Source of the DNA: Akkermansiaceae bacterium
GTDB lineage: Bacteria; Verrucomicrobiota; Verrucomicrobiia; Verrucomicrobiales; Akkermansiaceae
Length of the DNA: 64,000 nucleotides
Direction of reading: 5' to 3'
Assembly (NCBI GenBank): GCA_051251915.1
Contig: JBPOGF010000010.1
Coordinates: 64,001 to 128,000 of the forward strand
Part shown: in pieces, positions 31,101 through 40,200 of the stretch
Position numbering within the stretch: position 1 is the stretch's first letter
How the letters are laid out: the number at the start of each line of letters is the position of its first letter
Translations under genes and position numbers: made by a program
The notes under the pieces: model-generated
Told to the model about the DNA's origin: nothing
What the model saw: only the letters and a program-made list of their open reading frames with translations
Databases searched by the model: none

Positions 31101-31845
31101 GCTTCTGAGATCGAACAAGAATATGGATATTCTTTACTCAGATGGCGGCGATGGAAACGGTAATGATACTCCTTTTCCTAACAGTGTGCTACCAGCCAAT
31201 GAAGGTGTAGCTCCGTCAGGGTGGAGCGGCTTTGAACGCTTAGACGATGGGCAGATCCAAGGTCTTGCTGCAGAAATCGTTCGCTTAGTTAAGGAACGGG
31301 GGCCTTTTATGGGACTCTCAGATTTTGTGAATAGGCAGATAGGTACTCACGAAGGTGTGATCCAGGCTGCTATCCAGAATACGGGTATCAATGGTACAGT
31401 CGCAGAGGATGCAGGAGGCATACCGTCAATTTATGATGGCATCGGTAATAATTCCATGAACTACTTTTTATATGAACAAGGGTCTACGGCTCGTAACAGT
31501 GCAACGGGGCTTCCCAAGGAGATTAATCAGGCGCAAATTCTTTTGCCACTCGCGTCACGGATGAGGCCTAGGAGCGATACATTCACTATCAGGGCATATG
31601 GAAGTTCTATCTCTAGTTCAGGGGTGGTCAATAGCACGGCATATTGTGAGGCGGTCGTTCAGAGGGTGCCCGAGTATATAGATAGCGGGTTGAACGCCCC
31701 TTGGGATGAGCCAAGAGCTGATCCTCATGACTACTCGTCACAAATTAGCCCGGAAGACTCGACGATTCTGCAAGGTGTGAATAAAACTTTCGGCCGAAAA
31801 TTCAGAGTGGTGAGCTTCCGCTGGCTATCAAAAGATGAGATCTAA
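28108..31845 (+). CDS. Large PilX/GspK-like pilin-type protein (Verru_Chthon cassette protein A-like), copy 2
   Basis: KRSG|FALITTITIMSLLMLVSLAMLSLS; AEANARMALMLALGELQK; C-terminal RGPFMGLSDFVNR, RSDTFTIRAYG, CEAVVQR, GRKFRVVSFRWL. Confidence 0.8.
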   Translation: MKTTKQPKRYILISKYMQMFFQYPPVTVKSAETTCVGLAQNQIRKVSKRSGFALITTITIMSLLMLVSLAMLSLSNIEVSSNSIDKNQEIAEANARMALMLALGELQKSAGHDQRVTATADLTLPVSGDDSRRNWVGVWDSSLYDPSGYDIANPTNNKTFLKWLVSSQNQSSLSQQDASAVGLNNPFVIFDGTVDGTQESHDVVVDEIEIMDASGTQTGSYAYWVEDNGVKADISWNESLDTRDEIVQAARLSSSPGADPRVFQDASAPYDLDDNETLDVSLDFIQNLDKTFSFSSLALADNSSGSYQDWLKRYRHDISVGSKAVLSDTKLGGLQRDLSLAFEMDGAAEAESATKFNEQRGEFVSSGNSERLDSTGSVGGLPVSARYLHRDTQSSGGPFSGDIINSSGVLRGPTWWLLRDYANLYKNVSGTEGDYTLQARAYYPNKPQGEELSSKLNLFNGNAQFDLEVDTGSNSNGKYINKPAKANYAPVSLGGTVLLSTKAEGSEVVLAMDMLFYLWNPYNHKISCDNLVMSMDAALPGAIFLWKDDGSGSPTLYAKSLNELIKSNVSTDDVSFLIKSETNGAIVLEPGEVVIATPSTTQGQSNLGFTLSSDSGIILRNLGDSGPITAASGDKIGFRYINILGNSVGVSTAGMRNSFNLFLPNRELDLSDLSSTSNFTSELQYLHFPSHALQSNNIDTTPQEYFMPETESSTANKSDPVKWVDFGDIGSSKIFFGLLTSLTKPALWEGGNPNPVEVFSRFNPNPIVVKREGNRICQLNQVYNMLCSDNADDLLLKNGIEYSNLVRNAYWGSSYTSLGSEFVPLSTIPTSPLHSLASLSHANVSTMAMDAFHPIGNSWSSPYVPTSSVYGRVHNGGNATTISTQDLSWNVNDALFDRYYFSGIAPYYSISSSGYSLDSGASVRQTLNDFFGEDYRDAKANPALQPYVSVGENVTDVVDILDPDTSSSMGDGYSKLAAYVMLDGAFNINSTSEKAWEALLRSNKNMDILYSDGGDGNGNDTPFPNSVLPANEGVAPSGWSGFERLDDGQIQGLAAEIVRLVKERGPFMGLSDFVNRQIGTHEGVIQAAIQNTGINGTVAEDAGGIPSIYDGIGNNSMNYFLYEQGSTARNSATGLPKEINQAQILLPLASRMRPRSDTFTIRAYGSSISSSGVVNSTAYCEAVVQRVPEYIDSGLNAPWDEPRADPHDYSSQISPEDSTILQGVNKTFGRKFRVVSFRWLSKDEI

Positions 31846-31855
31846 ACGTATAGAT

Positions 31856-32557
31856 ATGAAAATGTTACTAAAATTGTTTGTTGTCTTGATGTTGGGTCTT
31901 ACTTTTGTCCATGGGCAGTCAGAGAGCAAAACAAGACTGTTTTCTTGTTTTGTGTGGAAAGATCTGGGAGCCGGGAAGGTATTTTACTCCGATGGGAAAA
32001 GCCCGAAGGAGTTGTCGTTCACAGGTAAAAGGAGATCGGAATACTACCCAATGCCTTTTGGTCAAACCTTCAAGCTTTTCGCCAAAAAAGAGGTGGATGG
32101 AGAAGCTAGCTATGTGGTTATCGGGGAGACTACGATTAGCTCAAATAGTAAACGGCTTCTTTTCATCATCGTTCGGAATCCGGCAAGTGCAACGAATCCG
32201 GATGTCTTGCCTCTCAAAATCACTGTTATGGATGACTCAATAAATAATTTTCCCGGTGGTAGCACCAAATTTATTAATCTGACATCCAAACCAATGACTG
32301 CTGAAATCAATGGGACAAAGGCTGTTGTGAATTCTAAGCAGGCAAAACTCATACAACCTCGTCTACCTGACAATGGTGGTTTTGTTCCTATGATTATTCG
32401 ATATAAAGCTAGGTCGCTATACGAAACTAGGATCTTTTGCCAGCAAGGTGAGCGAAGAATTGTTTTCATCACCCCAAATACGAGAAAAGGCGCTAAGCGC
32501 CCTATTTCAATAGACTTCCTCCCACAAATTGTGGGGGCTAGCTTTGAAGATAAGTAG
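31856..32557 (+). CDS. Secreted hypothetical companion protein (homolog of 3870-4544)
   Basis: Signal peptide; MDDSINNFPGGSTKFINLT matches RADDPTFRPSQIMIMNLA; same position directly after the pilin-like gene. Confidence 0.75.
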   Translation: MKMLLKLFVVLMLGLTFVHGQSESKTRLFSCFVWKDLGAGKVFYSDGKSPKELSFTGKRRSEYYPMPFGQTFKLFAKKEVDGEASYVVIGETTISSNSKRLLFIIVRNPASATNPDVLPLKITVMDDSINNFPGGSTKFINLTSKPMTAEINGTKAVVNSKQAKLIQPRLPDNGGFVPMIIRYKARSLYETRIFCQQGERRIVFITPNTRKGAKRPISIDFLPQIVGASFEDK

Positions 32558-32594
32558 TACAAGTCTATTGCCTCATTACTCACCTCCTATAAAA

Positions 32595-32705
32595 AAAGCC
32601 CTGACGCCTTAATGACCAGCTGCTGCATTAAGTCATCTCGATTTCATCAATCGAGATTTTCTGCCCTAAATCCACTATCATTCATTCGCAGCAATCGCTC
32701 TCCAT
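32595..32705 (-). pseudogene. Decayed relic of a sensor histidine kinase gene
   Basis: Minus strand reads E*MIVDLGQKISIDEI, against EWVEVDLGQEISIDEI in HK2 (TGG to TGA). Confidence 0.7.
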
Positions 32706-32710
32706 GGTAA

Positions 32711-32909
32711 ATAGGTAAACAGAATTACAAGCGGCCCCCCCTGTTTGCTGACCATGACTCCGGATTGGAGCTAATTAAATGCACACATATAGACATGGAG
32801 GAAAACCCCCATAGACGAGATTTGGAATCATGATACCATTATGGACATCTCAGAAAATCATGATGGTTTTGCGTGAGGTGAAAATAAACTTAATAAAAAC
32901 AATGAAAAC
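32711..32909 (+). repeat. ~200-bp diverged promoter duplication, copy B
   Basis: See copy A; contains TGGAGGA-AA-ACCCCCA then TAGACG-N16-TACCAT (32796-32839). Confidence 0.9.
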
Positions 32910-33636
32910 GATAAAAACTACAACTACACTACTCACAATTCTAGCCACCGCATCAGTGGGCCACGCAGCGATTATGAGCTATAATCCGACTTTTAGCGGC
33001 AACACAGAAGGCGGTCCGAACACAAGTGGAACAACTCCTTACGATGCCAATGGCAGCGGTTTGTCCGAAGGTCTCACCCCTGGTACTGCTACCTACAATG
33101 ATACATACAGCTTCCTTGATTCCACAACTGGAATCGCATTCAGCGTGGATTTTACCTTTACTGCAACTGGTGGCAATCTAGGTGGTGGAAACGGTATTGG
33201 TGTTGCTGATAATTGGATTGATGAAGGGGAGTCGCTCACCATCGCTCTCTCAAGTTTGGTAGTGGATACCTCCGGATATATTGATGGTACTATTGGAGGC
33301 CTTACTGGACCAGTCGGTGTTGGATCATCTGCGTTTGGAATCCATACGTTTTCATTGACTAGTTTAAGTGCTGTTGACCCTGGGTTCGTCAGTGATGGAA
33401 CTACCACTGACTCAGTATTAGCCAGTAGCTATGTTTTCGGTAGTGGTAACTCACTGAGCAACACAACTGGGGAGGGAACGTTGTCTTTTGTAGCCGGAGT
33501 TGAAGGTGATACTCGGTTCAGACTTACTGGGTGGAAGCCATATATCGAACTCGATATTGTTGCTGTCCCTGAGCCAAGCTCCACAGCTCTACTCGGATTG
33601 GGGGGGCTCGCCCTCATCTTACGCCGTCGTAAGTAA
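32902..33636 (+). CDS. PEP-CTERM surface protein 3
   Basis: MKTIKTTTTLL signal peptide; VPEPSSTALLGLGGLALILRRRK. Confidence 0.95.
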   Translation: MKTIKTTTTLLTILATASVGHAAIMSYNPTFSGNTEGGPNTSGTTPYDANGSGLSEGLTPGTATYNDTYSFLDSTTGIAFSVDFTFTATGGNLGGGNGIGVADNWIDEGESLTIALSSLVVDTSGYIDGTIGGLTGPVGVGSSAFGIHTFSLTSLSAVDPGFVSDGTTTDSVLASSYVFGSGNSLSNTTGEGTLSFVAGVEGDTRFRLTGWKPYIELDIVAVPEPSSTALLGLGGLALILRRRK

Positions 33637-33652
33637 GTTTCACAGTGTTTTT

Positions 33653-33690
33653 AAAACTGGTAGGTTGAGTTCATCAGCCTAGCGGTTTTT
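33653..33690 (+). terminator. Imperfect hairpin/terminator after PEP-CTERM gene 3
   Basis: AAAACTGGTAGGTTGA-gttca-TCAGCCTAGCGGTTTTT. Confidence 0.55.
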
Positions 33691-33800
33691 ATATTTATGG
33701 TCATTCAGGTGCCTAATTCAGCAATACCCCTGAATCTATTCTGACTTGAATATTCAACAAACAATGTAACTCTTCTCAAATACTTAAATAATAATTACCT

Positions 33801-35237
33801 ATGACACGCTTAAAGCTACTACAGAACTTCTTCATTATCGGACTACTCTCGTTGCCGTTCTGTGGAAAGGCGCAAACTCTGCCACTGCTTAAAGATGGCT
33901 TGTCTCCGCAGACGGTGGCAAGTAAACCCAATATCGTCCTCATCTTTGCAGATGATCTTGGGTATGGTGATCTAGGTTGCTATGGCGCAAAATACAAAAC
34001 GCCAGTGCTCGATAAAATGGCTACTGAGGGCTTCCGCTCTACGGATATGATATCGGCGTCGAATGTCTGCACTCCCTCACGAGCAGCCCTGCTCACAGGG
34101 CGCTATCCGAGCCGTGCTGGACTCCCGACCTATCGTCTACGGGGCGAGAAGGGACACTATGGTCTGCATCCGGATGAGATCACTATTGCCGAATTACTCA
34201 AACCAGCAGGCTATCGTTCGCTGGCGGTTGGTAAATGGCACATTGGTTTTCTGATGGAAGGTGCCCATCCTATGGATCAGGGATTCGATGCCTACTTCGG
34301 ACTCCCTTATAACTATTCCTCTAGGCACGATCCTTGGAACATGGCGATTTTCCGCGACCGAGAAATGATCGAGAAGAATGTCAAATTTCCCGGTATCACT
34401 GACCGCTACAATGAGGAAGTGGTAAAATTCATTGGAGAACAAACCAAGGACCAGCCGTTCTTTATTTACATGGCACATCAAATTGCACACACCCCGGTCG
34501 TGCCAAGCCAACCTTTTAAGGGTAAGTCTAAGGAAGGCAAGTATGGAGACTTTGTGACTGAGCTAGACCACAGTGTGGGGATAGTCCTCCAAGCGCTAAG
34601 TGACAACGGCTTAGAAGACAATACTCTGGTGGTGTTCCTAGCCGACAACGGCCACCATGGCAAAGTCGGCTCAGGAGGTCCACTCGCTGGCAGCAAATAC
34701 ACCACGATGGAAGGTGGACATCGCGTGCCGAGCATCTTTCGCTGGCCGGGTAAGATTCCTGCGGGTAAAGTATCCGACGTCACGCTTTCCAGTATGGATT
34801 TGCTCCCACTGTTCTGCGATCTCGCTGGCGCCGAACTGCCGAAAGACCGAATTATTGATGGTAAGAACATACGAGATATTCTGTTAGGTAAAAGCGATAA
34901 ATCGCCGCACGAGTTTTTGTATTACTATAATGGCGTCAACCTGCAAGCGGTGCGTAAAGGCAAGTGGAAGCTGCATTTGCCACGCACTGCTGCCGATCAA
35001 CCTTACTGGGGTGGCGTGAGTGTCCAGCGCAGCTTCGTCAAACTAGACCAGCCCTTTCTCGTCAACTTAGAAACCGATATCGGTGAAGAGCACAACGTCG
35101 CTGCAGACAACCCCGAGGTAGTCGCCATGCTTTTAAAAGAGGCGGAGCGCACGCGTGCAGAACTCGGCGATGTAGGAGAACCCGGCAGCGACCAGCGTCC
35201 GTTGTGGCGATCTGAGCTATTAGGTAGTGACCAATAA
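33801..35237 (+). CDS. Secreted arylsulfatase (close paralog of 41560-42981)
   Basis: [26 protein letters not shown]. Confidence 0.95.
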   Translation: MTRLKLLQNFFIIGLLSLPFCGKAQTLPLLKDGLSPQTVASKPNIVLIFADDLGYGDLGCYGAKYKTPVLDKMATEGFRSTDMISASNVCTPSRAALLTGRYPSRAGLPTYRLRGEKGHYGLHPDEITIAELLKPAGYRSLAVGKWHIGFLMEGAHPMDQGFDAYFGLPYNYSSRHDPWNMAIFRDREMIEKNVKFPGITDRYNEEVVKFIGEQTKDQPFFIYMAHQIAHTPVVPSQPFKGKSKEGKYGDFVTELDHSVGIVLQALSDNGLEDNTLVVFLADNGHHGKVGSGGPLAGSKYTTMEGGHRVPSIFRWPGKIPAGKVSDVTLSSMDLLPLFCDLAGAELPKDRIIDGKNIRDILLGKSDKSPHEFLYYYNGVNLQAVRKGKWKLHLPRTAADQPYWGGVSVQRSFVKLDQPFLVNLETDIGEEHNVAADNPEVVAMLLKEAERTRAELGDVGEPGSDQRPLWRSELLGSDQ

Positions 35238-35258
35238 ATACAGAATAATCAAAATAAT

Positions 35259-37133
35259 ATGAAAATGAAAAGAAGCCTATCCACCATCACGTTTTTTACC
35301 TGTGCTTTACTCTCGGGTAATGTCACTGCTGCGAGTGATGACCGACCTGCTAAGCCAAATGTGATCCTCATCCTCACCGACGATCTCGGCTGGCAGGATG
35401 TGAAATGTTACGATGTTGATAAGCCCTCACCAATCGATACGCCTTACCTAGATGCATTCGCTAAGAAAGGCGTCATGTTCTGGCAGGCCTATTCTCCAGC
35501 GCCTACCTGTTCCCCATCGCGCTGTGCCATTATGAGCGGAGACCATCCGGCACGGGCACAGAAGACCCACGTAGTCGGCGGTTCACCACCGTTAGCACGT
35601 GGTATCAATGCTCGAATGATGGATCCGTGGTATAGCGGTCGGATGCCAGAGGATACCTTTACACTAGCGAAGGCTATGAAACAGAACGGTTATGTGACTG
35701 GGCATTCAGGGAAGTGGCACATTGCCATCAACCATGGTGCGTTCCCGCAGCCGAAACATGTCGGCTTTGACTGGTCACGCGGGAGTCGCGGAGCTCACTC
35801 TAAAATGAAAGACCGTCTGACCGGCTTTGCAACCGATGCGGAAGACGATCACTTTCGCCTCGATGAGAATGGCTTTCCTTTTCACGAGAACAATGAGAAT
35901 GCATTGAACTTTATCCGCGAAAATAAAGAGAAGCCCTTTTTCCTCTATTATTGCACTTGGTTAGTCCATGGACCGATCATGACGCGCTGTGAAAGTCTAT
36001 TGGACAAGTATGTCGAAAGGCTCGGAGTTGATCCGGCTGCTAAATTTGAAAAAGCAACTCCTGGCCAGATCAATCCTTTCTATTGCGCCATGGTAGAGGC
36101 TCTCGACTATTATATGGGCCAGGTCTTTCATACATTGGAAACCACGGAAGACCCACGTTGGCCTGGGCACATGCTGAGCGAAAACACTTATGTCATTTTC
36201 ACCTCGGATAACGGCGGTATGGAAGGCTCATCCGAGCGCTACACCGATAACGCACCACTGTCTCGTGGTAAAATCTCAGCGATGGAAGGCGGAACTCGTG
36301 TCCCATTGATCATTGCTGGACCGGGAATTGCCAAGGGCGTTCAATCCGATGTGATCGTGAACGGGCTTGATTTTTATCCTACTATCCTTGGGCTAATAGG
36401 AGCGGATAAGCCTAAAGATAAAAACTTAGACGGCTGTGACATTTCCACCCTGCTGCTGGAAGACCCAACCAATCCTGCATTGGTGAAAGAAGAAGATGGT
36501 TCAGCTCGCGATTCAATGATGTGGCATTTCCCGCACGGTGGAGCCATGGAGAGCACCATTCGCATCGGGGGATTTAAACTCATCCGTAATTACGATCATC
36601 AATATAATGATGAAACGCCAGAACTTGAACTTTTCCAGCTTTATAAAACAGAGGGTGACAAGCAAGTGAGGGTCGATATCGAGGAAGCTAACAACCTAGC
36701 TGCTCAAATGCCAGAAAAAGCGAAAGCTCTCAACCAAAAGCTGACGGAAATGCTAACGGAAATGAAGGCTAGCTATCCCAGCTACAATCCAAACTATAAA
36801 CGAGAACTTCCGAATAAAGAAAAAGTTCCGACCGTTCAATCGCTGAACCAAAATGGGAGTGTCCTTGAATTTGAATTTGCTGAGAACGGGGCAAAAGTGA
36901 TGCAGGCGCATTTGATTTATACCCTCAATGGTGGACAAAAATACGAAGAGTGGTTCCGCGCTCCGGCAACGCTGAATTCCGACTCAATAGGCACGATCAA
37001 ACTACCAGAAGGAACAACCCATTGTTATCTCAATCTGATTGATGAGAATAACTTCTTGGTGAGCTTTCCTAAGGCTGGAGCAAAAGCAAATCGTTCAGCC
37101 AAGGCATTGAAAATAACTGAACTAAGTAAGTAA
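35259..37133 (+). CDS. Secreted sulfatase with C-terminal extension
   Basis: PNVILILTDDLGWQD, CSPSR, GKWHI, SDNGG; about 110 extra C-terminal residues. Confidence 0.93.
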   Translation: MKMKRSLSTITFFTCALLSGNVTAASDDRPAKPNVILILTDDLGWQDVKCYDVDKPSPIDTPYLDAFAKKGVMFWQAYSPAPTCSPSRCAIMSGDHPARAQKTHVVGGSPPLARGINARMMDPWYSGRMPEDTFTLAKAMKQNGYVTGHSGKWHIAINHGAFPQPKHVGFDWSRGSRGAHSKMKDRLTGFATDAEDDHFRLDENGFPFHENNENALNFIRENKEKPFFLYYCTWLVHGPIMTRCESLLDKYVERLGVDPAAKFEKATPGQINPFYCAMVEALDYYMGQVFHTLETTEDPRWPGHMLSENTYVIFTSDNGGMEGSSERYTDNAPLSRGKISAMEGGTRVPLIIAGPGIAKGVQSDVIVNGLDFYPTILGLIGADKPKDKNLDGCDISTLLLEDPTNPALVKEEDGSARDSMMWHFPHGGAMESTIRIGGFKLIRNYDHQYNDETPELELFQLYKTEGDKQVRVDIEEANNLAAQMPEKAKALNQKLTEMLTEMKASYPSYNPNYKRELPNKEKVPTVQSLNQNGSVLEFEFAENGAKVMQAHLIYTLNGGQKYEEWFRAPATLNSDSIGTIKLPEGTTHCYLNLIDENNFLVSFPKAGAKANRSAKALKITELSK

Positions 37134-37201
37134 GAAACATAACTAAATTCACCCTAATGAATCACATCACATTCCGTAAAAAAGTAAATAGCTAGCAATC
37201 C

Positions 37202-40200
37202 ATGAAAATTCCAATTCAATCACTCCTTCTCCTACTAGTAAGTCTTACAAGCCTTCAAGCAACACCGATCTCACTCTTCGATGGAAAGTCACTCGAAGGC
37301 TGGGAGTATAACGAAGATATCTGGCGCGTTGAAGACGGCGTCATCACTGGCGGCTCCACCACTGAGAAGATCAAGACGAACTACTTCATCTCCACTAAGC
37401 AGTCCTTCCAGAACTTCGAGCTAAAGCTAACCATCAAATGCAGTGGTGATCCAAAGACTGGTCTCATTAATAGCGGTATCCAGATCCGTAGCATCCGAGC
37501 AGGAGGAGAAAGAGTCTCTGGCTATCAAATAGATTGTGGAAGAAAATGGTTTGGCAAAATCTACGATGAACACCGCCGAAAAAAAACCATCGCCATGCCA
37601 GTCGATGAACCTGCTCTTTTAAAAGTCATTGATACCTACGGCTGGAATGATTACCGCATCCGCGCGGAGGGAACGCGCATCCGTGTATGGATCAATGACG
37701 TCCTCGCTACCGACTACACCGAGGAGAACCCCAATATCGCCCTAGACGGCATCATTGCCCCGCAGGTTCACAGCGGCGGAGTCGCACTCGTTCAGTTCAA
37801 GGATATCACCATTGAGGAACTTCCTCCTACCCCTGATGCCCCCACATGGGAATCTCTAGGTGGTGTTAAGGAAGCCATCCAGCTAGTCAGAGCACCTCGC
37901 CCCCCGAAAGTAGAAGAAAAGGGTAACCCACAGGAAAAAATTCCCGTCCCACCAAAAGGCGCTGATCGAGTGAACTTCGATTTCGAAACAGGAGACCTCC
38001 AAGGATGGCATAAGATTGAAGGATTTTTGGGACATCCCGTTGCCGATAACGCTCTGAATCGCAACGGCGACACTCCTTCAAACAAAGAAGGCAAATTCTT
38101 TCTCAGCTCACTTGAAGCAGTCAAGGGTAGCGCATCAGACAAGCAAATCGGCATCATAGAATCCCCAGTCTTTGAATTAACCGGTGACACCATTCAACTA
38201 GCCGTTTCAGGTGGCAGGCACGCCAGCACTTTCGTCGGTCTCTACACGCTCGACGGTAAAGAAATCCAACGAGCATCTGGAAACAACTCCGAGCTTTTCG
38301 TCCCTAAAACATGGAACGTAGCTCAATGGGTCGGCAAGCCCGTCTATCTCCGCCTTGTGGATCAGTCACAAGGCTCTTGGGGACACATCACACTTGATGC
38401 ATTTTCTGCTCAGGGAAAACTTCTACCTGAGGAAACTAAAAAGCGGATAGTTGTCGCAAAACCGGTTTCTGGGAAGGTAACTAAATCAGGAGGGGAGGGA
38501 GCACTCAGCCCTGCCGAGCAACTCGCAGGCTTCACCGTACCAGAAGGGTTCGTTATTGAACTCGTAGCCTCTGAAGAGAACGGCTTGATTAACCCCATCG
38601 ATATGACATTCGATGATGCAGGTAGACTGTGGACTCAAACTGCGAGAATGTATCCACTAGACCCAGCCCCGGGCGTTCCTTTTGCCGAAGCAATGAAGCT
38701 TATGAAGGATCCTAACCTCGCTGAGAAATACCCGAAAGTAACTGACTTCATAGAACTCTATAAGCTTGAGAAAAGAGGCTCTGACCAAATCCTCATCATT
38801 GATGATCCTACTAAGAAGGCGACAGGACAACTGCATGTCTGGGCAGATGGCTTGACGATTCCTCAGAGTATCATGCCCTATAAGAACGGTGCATTTGTAG
38901 CGCATGGATCTGAACTCTTCTTCCTCTCTGATGAAAATGGTGACGGCAAGCAGGACAAGATGACACCTAAGTTTACAGGGTTTGGTATTTTCGACACCCA
39001 TACCATGGCTCATTCTATCGTCCGTGGACCAGGTGGATGGATGCATTTCTCTCATGGTGCAGTGAACTCAGGAAATGTAGAAGTGGTAGAAACGGGTAAG
39101 AAACTCAACGTCACATTCTCAAAAAACCTACGATTCAAAAACGATGGCTCTGAGCTAGAGATCCTCAACTGCCACAAAGATAATAACTGGGGCTACCAAG
39201 TCAGAGAAAACGGACAATGGTATGCTACTTCTGCAAATGATGGTGGTTACTCCGTCTTACCCTTTGAGTTCATGATGAGCATCGCGGGGAATGGAAATGA
39301 CAAGATCCGCGACTATTCACCGTTTTTCCCTCCTATACATAAGTTCCGTGTAGGCGCATCTGGTATCTCAGGTCTCGCCTTCTCCGAAGATGGGGCAATG
39401 AGCTTCCCACCAGAGTGGAAAGACGTGGCATTCTTAGCAAACCCAATGACTCGCAAATTAAATGCTGTTAGAATAAAACGTAACAAGGATGGCTCTGTCT
39501 CCGCTGAGCATTTACCAGACTTCCTTTCATCAAAAGATGAATGGTTCCGCCCTGTGAATCTTGAATTTGGTCCAGATGGGTGCCTCTATATTGCTGACTG
39601 GTATAACAAAATCATCTCACATAATTCTATCGACCGTAATCACCCAGACCGTGACAAATCCAATGGACGAATCTGGAGGATCAGGCATAAGTCACAGCAG
39701 CCTGGTAAAATTCCCAATCTCATTGAGACTAAAAATGCAGATTTGGTAAAGCACCTCTCAGCAGAAACCTCATGGGAAAAAAGAGCCGCCTGGCATCAGA
39801 TAGTCGATAGACAAGCGGAGGAACTGATCCCACAGATTAAGACCGTGGTCAAAGATCCTCATCAGAGCCTCGGTACAAGAGTTACCGCCATATGGTGCTT
39901 GGAAGGGCTCAATGCTTTTGATAAATCGCTTTTACAGGATCTAATGGAATCTGGTGATGATGACATCAAACGAGAAGCGATCCGCTCACTCGGCACCTTT
40001 AAACCTAGTGCAGATGTGGTAGCTGAGCTACTAGCACCCTACCTAGAAGATAAGAATGCAGCGGTGCGATCACAAGTTCTAAGAACCTTAGAAGAGGTGA
40101 AGACAGCCAACTCTGATACCATTGCGCTGCTTCTAAAAGCATGTAAGCCTTCCCTACCAGGCAATAGCCTAGGCGGTAGCTACGAACGAAACTTTGAGCG

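Noticed and set aside
33565..33636. Similar DNA at the 3' ends of five genes
   Set aside because: Explained by the conserved PEP-CTERM coding tail; not an independent repeat element.
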